Positions 1 to 11,300 of a stretch of 64,000 nucleotides of DNA are shown piece after piece. The position numbers and the translations under genes were made by a program. The stretch spans positions 2,048,001 through 2,112,000 of the forward strand of contig CM075996.1 in NCBI GenBank assembly GCA_038087875.1, in the 5' to 3' direction. The notes below the pieces were generated by a model. The model did no database searches and was not told the origin of the DNA. It saw only the letters and a program-made list of their open reading frames with translations. Every line of letters starts with the position of its first letter. Positions within the stretch are counted from its first letter, which is position 1. Origin of the DNA: Malacoraja senta. Taxonomy: Eukaryota.

Positions 1-203
1 GATCGCTCTTTGCCTGAGAGCCACCGCCTTTGTTTACATAATGAATCACTGCTCTTCAAAAGTAATGCCAGCGTGCAGCATTTCCAGGTGTTGCCGATTG
101 AAGCAGAGGCCTCAGGTTGGGTTCAGTTGTTGGCATCACACTCTGCAAGGCCCCGCAATGGTGGGCATTGTACATCCTGGAGGGAGAGTGGTTTAAACAT
201 TGG

Positions 204-272
204 CACACACACACATATACACACACACATATATATACACACACACATATATATACACACACACATATATAT

Positions 273-303
<31 letters not shown>

Positions 304-759
304 TATATACACACACACACACACACATATATACGCACACATATATACACACACACATACACACACACATACACACACACACACAATACACACATATACA
401 CACACACATACATATATACACACACACATACATATATACACACATATATACACACACACATATATACACACACACATACACACACACACATACACACACA
501 TATACATATATACACATATATACAAACACACACATACATACACACACACACATATATACACATACACACACACATATATACACACACACACATATATATA
601 CACATACACACACACACACATATACATACACACACACACACATACACACATATATACACATACACACATATATACACACACACACATATACACACACACA
701 TATACACACACACATATACACACACACATATACACACACACATATACACACACACATAT

Positions 760-792
<33 letters not shown>

Positions 793-877
793 CATATACA
801 CACACATATACACACACATATACACACACACATATACACACACACATATACACACACACATATACACACACATATAT

Positions 878-926
<49 letters not shown>

Positions 927-1325
927 TATACACACACACATATATACACACACATACATACACACACACACACATATACACACACACATATACACACACA
1001 TACACATACACACACACACACACATATATACACACACATATACACACACACATACACACATATATACATATATACACACACAAATACATACACATACATA
1101 CACATACACACATATATACAAACACACACACACACACATATACACACATACACACACACATATATATACACACACACATATACATATACATGCACATATA
1201 CACACAAATATACACACACATATACACACACACACATATATATACACACATATGCAGAGATTTATACACACACACAAATACACACATATACACACACATA
1301 TACACACACATATACACACACATAC
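204..1325. repeat. Compound (CA)n/(TA)n microsatellite, ~1.1 kb
   Basis: Near-continuous CACACACATATA-type units; source of the HT/VC-rich ORFs in all frames. Confidence 0.97.
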
Positions 1326-3199
1326 TGTAAAACTCTGTCACACCTGCCGGCCTGGACAATGGGCATTGTGAGCCGTCACCTCCCCCCCCCCCCCATCCAA
1401 GATAAACTCGGTCTCTGTTACTTCAGCAGCAAATACCTGAACTGTGTTGTCAGCAAAGCCTTGGCCCAAGGCCCAGTTTCAAGGCCAGGGGCGAGTTGCA
1501 TCAGTAAAACCTGTTTAGATCCTTGTGCATCTATGTGTGAGGTTGCTGCACTTGTCACCGTGTGTCGTGAGGGAGGGAGGGAGGGAGGGAGTTCGGCAAT
1601 AGAGCGGCTCCTCACGAGGGTGTCGGCACTCCTCGCTGCCTTAGCTGTAATGTAGTTTAGTTCTCCCACCCGAAACGTCGCCCATTCCTTCTCTCCAGAG
1701 ACGCTGCCTGCCCCGCTGAGTTACTCCAGCGTTTTGTGGTCTATCCTCGGTTTAAACCAGCATCTGCAGTTCCTTCCTGCACACATTCTGCCCGGTAAAG
1801 TGCATGGGCTGTTTAGACAATTGTGACTGTGACTAAACGTTGCTAATTGACTCAATGAGAAGGAAATTAAACCCTTAACCAGTCCAACCGCCTGTTTTAC
1901 ATGTCTCCACCTCCCTGGTTTGATGCAGACAGTGGGACATTCTGTACTGGACAATAGACAATAGACAATAGGTGCAGGAGTAGGCCATTTGGCCCTTCGA
2001 GCCAGCACCGCCATGCAATGTGATCATGGCTGATCATCCACAATCAGTACCCCGTTCCTGCCCTCTCCCCATAATCCCCCTGACAATAGGTGCAGGAGTA
2101 GGCCATTCGGCCCTTCGAGCCAGGGGACGTTGCCCAGAGTACTGGAAGCCGGCCCTTCGGCCCATCTTGCCCATCCCCACCATGACGTGAAGGTACAGAA
2201 GTGTGAAAACGAATGCACACCTCCAGATTTGGGGACAGTTTCTTCCCAGCTGTTATCAGGCAACTGAACCATCCCACCACAACCAGAGAGCAGTCCTGAA
2301 CTACTATCTACCTCATTGGCGACCCTCGGACTATCCTTAAGAAAGAACTGCAGATGCTGGAAAAATCGAAGGTAGACAAAAATGCTGGAGAAACTCTACG
2401 GGCAAGGCAGCATCTATGGAGCGAAGAAATGGGTGACGTTTCGGGTCGAAACCCGAAACGTCACCTATTCCTTCGCTCCATAGATGCTGCCTCGCCCGCC
2501 GAGTTTCTCCAGCATTTTTGTCTATCTTTGATCAGGTTTTACTGGCTTTATCTTGCAATTAACATTATTCCCTTATCACGCATCTATCTGTACACTGTGA
2601 ATGGCTCGATTGTAATCTTGTGTGTGGTCTTTCCGCTAACTGGTTAGCACGCAACAAAAGCTTTTCACTTTGACAATAAACTAAACTGAAACTGAAACAA
2701 TGATTTGGTTCCCGATTCCCCTTCTCTAGGTAAAAGACTATGTGCATTCTTCGGTCTCGACCCGAAACGTCACCTATTCCTTGTCTCCAGAGATGCTGTC
2801 TGACCCACTGAGTTAGTTACTCCAGCTTTTTTGTGGCTATCTTTGTGCATTCACCTTATTTATTCTCATCAATACTTTACAAACCCCTCTCGAAAGATCA
2901 TCCCTCGTCCTCCTGCGCTCCAAAGAATAAAGTCTTAGCCTGCCCAACCTCACCCTGTAGCTCAGGCCCTCGAGTTCATAAGTGATAGGAGCAGTATTAG
3001 GCCATTCGGCCCATCGAGTCTACTCCGCCATTCAATCACGGCTGATCTATCTCTCCCTCCGAACCCCATTCTCCTGCCTTCTCCCCATAACCCCTAACAC
3101 CCGTACTAATCAAGAATCTATCTATCTCCGCCTTAAAAATACCCATGGACTTGGCCTCCTGCCAACCTCCTTGTAAATCTTCACTGCACTCATTTCTTG

Positions 3200-3495
3200 C
3201 CCAGCGTAGGGGAATCGAGAAGCAGAGGACATAGGTTTAAGGTGAGGGGGAGGGAAAGATTGATTAGGAACATGAGGGGTAACTTTTTCACACAAAGGGT
3301 GGTGGGTGTATGGAACGAGCTGCCGAAAGTGGTAGTTGAGGAAATGTTCTGAAGAAACAGTTAGACAGGTCCATGGATATGACAGGTTTAGAGGGATATG
3401 GGGTGAAAGCAGACATATGGGGCATGTTGGCCGATGTGGGCAAGTTGGCCCAAAGGGTCTGTTTCCACACTGTATCACTCTGTGAGTCCATGACT
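3200..3495 (+). mobile_element. CR1/HER1-type LINE 3' end
   Basis: ggacataggtttaaggtgagggg...tggaacgagctgcc...gggcaagttggcccaaagggtctgtttccacactgtatcactctgtga, matching the longer copy at 8223-8953. Confidence 0.85.
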
Positions 3496-5248
3496 CTGTC
3501 TCTCTGTGTCTCTGTGTCTCTGTGTCTCTGTGTCTCTGTGTCTCTGTGTCTCTGTGTCTCTGTGTCTGCCTCTGTCTCTGTGTCTCTGTAACTCTGTCTC
3601 TGTGTCTCTGTGTCTCTGTAACTCTGTCTCTGTGTCTCTGTGTCCCCATGTGTCTGTGACTCTGTGTCTCTGTGTCTCTGTGTCCCCGTGTGTCTGTGTC
3701 TCTGTGTCTCTGTGTCTCTGTGTCTCTGTGTCTCTGTGTCTCTGTGTCCCCTTGTGTCTGTGACTCTGTGTCTCTGTGTCTCTGTGTCTCTGTGTCCCCG
3801 TGTGTCTGTGTCTCTGTGTCTCTGTGTCCCCTTGTGTCTGTGACTCTGTGTCTCTGTGTCTCTGTGTCCCCGTGTGTCTGTGACTCTGTGTCTCTGTGTC
3901 TCTGTGTCCCCGTGTGTCTGTGTCTCTGTGTCTCTGTGTCTCTGTATCCCCTTGTGTCTGTGACTCTGTGTCTCTGTGTCCCCGTGTGTCTGTGTCTCTG
4001 TGACTCTGTGTGTCTCTGTAACTCTGTGTCTCTGTGTCTCTGTGTCTCTGTGTCTCTGTCTCTGTGTCTCTGTGTCTCTGTGTCTCTGTGTCTCTGTCGC
4101 TGTAACTCTGTGTCTCTGTGTCTCTGTGTCTCTGTGTCTCTGTGTCTCTGTGTCTCTGTGTCTCTGTGACTCGGTGTCTCTGTGACTCTGTGTCTGTGAC
4201 TCTGTGACTCTGTGACTCTGTGTCTCTGTGTCTCTGTGTCTCTGTGTCTCTGTCTCTGTAACTGTGTCTCTGTGTCCCTGTGTCCCTGTGTCTCTGTGTC
4301 TCTGTGTGTCTCTGTGTCTCTGTGAGTGTCTCTCTGTCTCTGTGTCTCTGTAACTCTGTTTATCTGTGTCTCTCTGTCTCTGTGTCTCTGTATCTTTGTG
4401 TCTGTCTCTGTGATTCTGTGATTCTGTGTCTCTGTATCTCTGTATCTCTGTGTCTCTGTATCTCTGTGTCTCTGTATCTCTGTATCTCTGTATCTCTGTG
4501 TCTCTGTATCTCTCTGTGTCTCTGTGTCTCTGTGTCTCTGTGTCTCTGTGTCTCTGTGTCTCTGTGTCTCTGTGTCTCTGTGTCTCTGTCTCTGTGTCTC
4601 TGTATCTCTCTGTATCTCTCTGTGACTCCGTGTCTCCGTCTCTCTGACTCTCTGTATCTCTGTGACTGTGTCTCTGTAACTCTGTAACTCTGTAACTCTG
4701 TAACTGTGTCTCTGTGTCTCTGTGTCTCTGTGTCTCTGTGTCTCTGTGTCTCTGTGTCTCTGTCTCTGTCTCTGTGTCTCTGTGTCTCTGTGTCTCTGTG
4801 TCTCTGTGTCCCTGTGTCTCTCTGTCTCTGTGTCTCTGTGTCCCTGTGTCCCTGTGTCCCTGTGTCCCTGTGTCCCTGTGTGTCCCTGTGTGTCTCTGTG
4901 TCCCTGTGTGTCTCTGTGTCTCTGTGTCTCTGTGTCCATGTGTCCATGTGTCCCTGTGTCTCTGTGTCCATGTGTCCCTGTGTGTCCCTGTGTCCCTGTG
5001 TCTCTGTGTCTCTGTGTCTCTGTGTCCATGTGTCCCTGTGTCCATGTGTCCCTGTGTCCCTGTGTCCCTGTGTCCCTGTGTCTCTGTGTCTCTGTGTCTC
5101 TGTGTCTCTGTGTCTCTGTGTCTCTGTGTCCCTGTGTTCCTGTGTCCCTGTGTCCCTGTGTCCCTGTGTCCCTGTGTCTCTGTAACTGTGTCCCTGTGTC
5201 CCTGTGTCCCTGTGTCCCTGTGTCCCTGTGTCTCTGACTCTGTGACTC
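3496..5248. repeat. 8-mer satellite (TCTCTGTG / TCCCTGTG / ACTCTGTG)n, ~1.75 kb
   Basis: 8-bp periodicity visible directly; gives the RDTETQRH ORFs. Confidence 0.97.
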
Positions 5249-5298
5249 CACAACACACCCTAGGACGTTACGACCTTACTGACGCTTTGTAAAGTATC

Positions 5299-5315
5299 AT
5301 GAGTGGAAAGCGAAG
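5299..5315 (+). CDS. EPS8L1: EPS8L1 candidate first coding exon (MSGKR-S); exon probably starts at 5264
   Basis: ccctag acceptor at 5261-5263, ATG at 5299, phase-2 donor AG|GCATGT at 5316 (or AT|GTAATA at 5325) fits the next exon. Confidence 0.5.
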
Positions 5316-8300
5316 GCATGTGATGTAATAGAACGTTTGAGGTTCGACTGACTTCTTCAATAATTTTACTTCTTTTTCACTTTGCAGCGAGCAGCTTTTG
5401 AAACCCAGCGGCAGGTCGATCTACGGTGAGTGGCATCTCGCTCTTCCGTCTAACTGTTGTCCATGAGTAAACATAGAAACATAGACAAAAGGTGCAGGAG
5501 TAGGCCATTCAGCCCTTCGAGCCGGCACTGCCATTCAATATGATCACGGCTGATCATCCAGAATCAGTACCCCGTTCCTGCTTTTTCCCCCATATCCCTT
5601 GATTCCTTTAGCCCTAAGAGCTAAATCTAACTCTCTTGAATACATCCAGTGAATCGGCCTCCACTGCCTTCTGTGGCAGAGAATTCCACAGATTCACAAC
5701 TCTCTGGGTGAAAAAGTTGTTTCCTTATCTCAGTCCTAAATGGCCTAACCCCTTATTCTTAAACTGTGTGACCCCTGGTTCTGGACTCCCCCAACATGGG
5801 GAACATTTTTCCTGCATCTAGCCTGTCCAGTCCCTTAAGAATGTTATATTTTTCTATAAGATTCGTCTCATCCTTCTAAACTCCAGTGAATACAAGCCCA
5901 GTCGACCCATTCTTTCATTAAGTAGTGGGTGAGGCCGGCTCACTGGGAGTGAAGGGGAATGAAGGGTATGAACATTGATTTCTCCAACTTCAAGTAACCC
6001 TTGTATCCCCTCTCTCTCTCCGTCCTAGTTGTTTCACCGTCCTCCTGATAATGTTACTGCTTGTCTGCCTCGTTGTCATCTTCCCCTCAGGGGAACAGGC
6101 CGTCCCTTTAACATTTGGTCTTTGCATCACTGTATGTTGCACACTTACAGGCCAGTCTTTGCACTGTTGTGTGTTGCACACTTGCAGGTTGGTCCTTGCT
6201 CGGTTGTGTCCCACATCTTGGCATTGTTGTGTATGCACACTCACATGTTGGTTTATGCACAGTTGTGCTTTGCACACTTACAGGTGGGGTCATGCATAGC
6301 TGTGCTTTGCACACTTACGCACGCGTTTGTGCATAGTTGTGCTTTACACACTCATACGTTGGTGTATGCACAGTTGTGCTTTGCACACTCGCGTGTGGGG
6401 TTGTGCACAGCTGTGCTTTGCACACTCACACGTTTGTGTATGCATAATTGTGCTTTGCACACTTACATGTGGGGTTATGCATAGTGTGCTTTGCACACCC
6501 ATGTGTTGGTGTATGCATCGCTCTGCTTTGCACACTTACATGTTGGTTTGTGCATCGTTGTGCTTTGCACACTTACATGTTGGTTTGTGCATGGTAAACC
6601 AATAGGTTGGACTTTGCGGTGTTGAGCTTTTCACATTCACAGGCCCGCCTTTGTACTTTTGCCGTGCACACTTAGGATATTTTGCCTTGCACACTTACAG
6701 GCAGATATTTACATTATGCTGTGCACGCTTACTGACTGGTCTTCGCACTGCTGTGATTTGCACACTTGTAGACCGGTCCTTGCACCGTCGTGCTTTGCAC
6801 ACTCACAGGTTGGTCTTTGCATTGGTGTGCTGTGCACACTTGCAGGCTGGACTTGGCACTGTTGTGATTTGCACACTTGTAGGTTGGTCTTTGCACTGCG
6901 GTGCATCGCACACTTACAGGTCGGTCCTTGCACATTTGCCATTTGCACACTTGCCTCTGCATTGGTGTGCTTTGCACGTTTATGGGTCAGTCTTTGCACT
7001 GTTGTTCTTCGCACGGTTGTTGGTCATTGTTTGCACTGTTGCACGGTTACAGTTTGGACTTTACACACTTGTTTACACACTTGTTGCACAGGCCCTGGCT
7101 TTATCACTCCAAGGGCATTTTCTGCAGTCGGCTGTCTATTTAGTGCAGCTGCCTGTCTGGATGCCAGAGGCTTCCCCCAAGCAGATCATCAGAATTGTCA
7201 ATAGACACAAAAATGCTGGAGTAACTCAGCAGGACAGGCAGCATTCTCTCTGGAGGTAAGGAATGGGTGACGTTTCGGGTCGAGGCCCTTCTTCAGCCAG
7301 AAAGTCGCGGGAAAGGGAACCGAGAGATATAGACGGTGATGTAGAGAGAAGTAGAACAATGAATAAAAGATGTGCAAAAAAAGGAACTAGGATAAAGGAA
7401 ACAGGCTGTTGGTTGTTGGTTGGGTGAAAACGAGAAGCTGGTGCGACTTGGGTGGGGGAGGGGATGGAGAGAGAGGGAATGCCAGGGCTGCTTGAAGTTA
7501 GAGAAATCAATATTCACACCACTGGGCTGTAAGCTGCCCAAGCGAAATATGAGGTGCCGTTCCTCCAGGCTGATCGTCAGATGCAAAAACACATCACAAA
7601 CAGCGTCTGTTTGAATCCTAAGAGAGACACAAAATGCTGGAGTAACTCAGCGGGACGGGCAGCATCTCTGGGGAGAAGGAGTGGGTGACGTTTCGGGTTG
7701 AGACCCTTCTTCAGAATGGCTCAGTCATCCATTCCTTCTCTCCAGAGATGTTGCCTGTCCCGCTGAGTTACTTCAGCATTTTGTGCCTGTCTTCGGTGGA
7801 ATTCATCGCCACAGAAGGCTGTGGAGGCCAAGCCAATGGATATTTGTAAGGCAGAGATTGATAGATTCTTGATTAGTCCGGATGTCAGCGGTTATGGGGC
7901 GAAGGCGGGAGAATGGGGTTAGGAGGGAGAGATAGATCAGCCATGATTGAATGGCGGAGTAGACTTGATGGGCTGAATGGCCTAATTCTGCTCCTATCAC
8001 ATATGAACCTGGATGGTGGAGTGGTGGAAGGATTGGATGTCTAGCTGGTCTGTTCTGAGACAGGAACAGGGACAGGGACAGGGACAGCTGTTATCAGGCA
8101 ACTGAACCATCCTACCACAACCAGAGAGCAGTGTTGAACTACTATCTACCTCATTGGAGACCCTCTGACTATCCTTGATCGGACTTTGCTGGCTTTACCT
8201 TGCACTAAATGTTATTCCCTAATCAAGGACTCTGGGTAGTGTTGTATAGCAGAGGGATCTAGGAGTGCAGGTGCATGGTTCCTTAAAGGTCGAGTCGCAG

Positions 8301-11300
8301 GTAGATAAGGTGGTCAAAAAGGGTTTTGGCACATTGGCCTTCATCAGTCAGAGTATTGAGTATAGAAGTTGAGAATTTATGCTGCAGTTTTATAAGACAT
8401 TGGTGAGGCCACATTTACAGTGTTGTGTTCAATTCTGGGCACCGTGTTACAGGAAAGGTGTTGTCAAGCTGGAAAGGGCACAGAGAAGATTTACGAGGGT
8501 GTTGCCAGGACTAGAGGGTGTGAGCTGTAGGGAGAGGTTGAGCAGACTGGGTCTCTATTCCTTGGAGCGCAGGAGGATGTGGGGTGATCTTACAGAGGTG
8601 TATGAAATCATGAGAGGAATAGATCGGGTAGATGCACAGAGTCTCTTGCCCAGAGTAGGGGAATCAAGGACCAGAGGACATAGGTTTAAGGTGAAGGGGA
8701 AAAGATTTAATAGGAATCTAAGGGGTAACTTTTTCACACAAAGGGTGGTGGGTGTATGGAACGAGCTGCCAGAGGAGGTAGTTGAGGCAGGGACTATCCC
8801 TACATTTAAGAAACATTTAGACAGGTACACGGATAGGACAGGTTTGGAGGGATATGGACCAAACGCGGGCAGGTGGGACTAGTGTAGCTGGGACATGTTG
8901 GCCGGTGTGGGCAAGTTGGGCCGAAGGGCCTGTTTCCATGCTGTATCACTCTAGGATCCTCACTGTGGACGGCTCGATTGTAATCGCGTATTGTCTTTCT
9001 GCTGTGACTGGTTAGCACGCAACAAAAGCTTTTCACTGTACCTCGGTACACGTGACAATCAACTGAACTGAATGCTTCTGACCAGACGTTTAGTTTAAGA
9101 AAGAACTGCAGATGCTGGAGAAAAATCGAAGGTAGACAAAATTGCTGGAGAAACTCAGCGGGTGAGGCAGCATCTATGGAGAGAAGGAATAGGTCAAAAG
9201 TCTTCTCACCCACCACTCCACCTCCAGGTCCCTCAGATCGGCCGACTTGGGGTTGCTGAATATCCCACGGTCTAGGCATAAGCTCAGGGGCGACCGGGCC
9301 TTTGCGGTTGCAGCCCCTAGACTGTGGAACAGCATCCCCCTTCCCATCAGAACTGCCCCCTCCATCCACTCCTTTAAGTCAAGACTAAAGACTTATCTAT
9401 ACTCCCAAGCCTTTCTTGACGTCCTCTGAGTGAGGGCTACATGTATATATGTATGTAGTTTGTTTGTTTATACTATTCTTATAACAAATGTAAAGCACTT
9501 TGGCCAACGAGAGTTGTTTTTTAAATGTGCTATATAAATAAATGTGACTTGACTTGACTTGGCCACGTTCCAGGTCGAGACCCTTCTCCAGACACAACCC
9601 AGGCAGACAAAAATGCTGGATAAACTCAGCGGGTGAGGCAGCATCTATGGAGGGAGGGAAGGAATTTCGCTCCATAGATGCTGCCTCACCCGCTGAGTTT
9701 CTCCAGCATTTTTGTCTGCCTTCGATTTCTCCAGCATCTGCATGCAGTTCCTTCAGAAACACACACACACACACACAACCCAGACTGCCTGACGCCCAAG
9801 GGACTCACAGAGTTAAACTCTAACTGGAGCCCTGCCCTGTGTGAAGGGGCAGGTGATGAAATCGTTCACCTGCTAACCACCTACTGCCTGAGTGGAGAGA
9901 CAGGTTGAAGCAGCCGCGGAGTACACGGGCTTGTAGCTCTATACACACACGCTCTATCTCGCCTCAGGTAAGCGTTCAAAGTCGGGCAGGGTGCGTTTAA
10001 CTCGGTGCTTGAGGTCTTCCCGGGGGAGAGAGGGGGGTGATTTGGAGCACCGGCGACCTTGCTTGTGACCTCTTGTCTGTTCGGCAGGTTAGGGTGGGGT
10101 GGGGTGAGGATCGGACATGTCGTCGCCAGAAGTTAGACACACACACACACACAGAAAGCTGGAGTAACTCAGCGGGACAGGCAGCAACATCTCTGGAGAG
10201 AAGGGATGGGTGGCGTTTCGGGTCGAGACCCTTCTTCAGACCCATCCCTTCTCTCCAGAGATGCTGCCTGCCTGTCCCGCTGAGTTACTCCAGCATTTTG
10301 TGTCTGTCTTTGGTTTAAACCGGCACCTGCAGTTCCTTCCTCCACACCCCGTTGCCAGAATATCTTCCTGTCCGATCCAGGGAATTCCAAGCCTTTATCC
10401 CGGCTGCTTGCCTGCGAATTCCCTCCCAGTGGGGAGAGGCGGGCTAGGCTGAACCGGACTGGTGAATGGTCTCCGGTTGGTGCTCACTTTTAGTTTAATG
10501 TCGAGATACAGCGCGGAAACAGGCCCTTCGGCCCACCGTGCCCGTGCCGACCGCGCACTAAAACTATTCCTACACGCACTAGGGACAATTTCCATTTACA
10601 CCGGGACAATTAACCTTCAAAACGGAATGTGGGCACAAATTGGAGATCTCGGAGAAAACCCACGCAGGTCACGGGGAGAACGTGCAAACTCCGTACAGAC
10701 AGCACCCGTGGTCGGGATCGAACCCGGGTCTCTGGCGCCGTGAGGCAGCAACTCTACCCACAGTGCTGCCAAATTAAACTCTGTGTGGTGTGGAGAGGGG
10801 GGTGAGGTGGTGACAACTGCCATCCCGGGCAATTCTTGGACGTCCTGTCTGGGCATTGACGCTCAAAAACCCTCTCTCTCCCTCTCTCCCTACCCCCCTT
10901 CTTTCTCCCTACCCCCCTTCTTTCTCCCTACCCCCCTTCTTTCTCCCTCTCTCCCTGTCCCCCTCTCTCCCTGCCCCCCCTCTCTCCCTGCCCCCCCTCT
11001 CTCCCTGCCCCCCCCTCTCTCCCTGCCCCCCCTCTCTCCCTGCCCCCCCCTCTCTCCCTGCCCCCCCCTCTCTCCCTGCCCCCCCCTCTCTCCCTGCCCC
11101 CCCTCTCTCCCTGCCCCCCCTCTCTCCCTGCCCCCCCTCTCTCCCTGCCCCCCCTCTCCCTGCCCCCCCCTCTCTCCCTGCCCCCCCCTCTCTCCCTGCC
11201 CCCCTCTCTCCCTGCCCCCCTCTCTCCCTGCCCCCCTCTCTCCCTGCCCCCCCTCTCTCCCTGCCCACCCCTCTCTCCCTGCCCCCCCTCTCTCCCTGCC

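Noticed and set aside
10..5292. Long ORFs (453-709 aa; HT-, VC- and RDTETQ-rich)
   Set aside because: Stop-free translations of micro- and minisatellites, open in several frames on both strands
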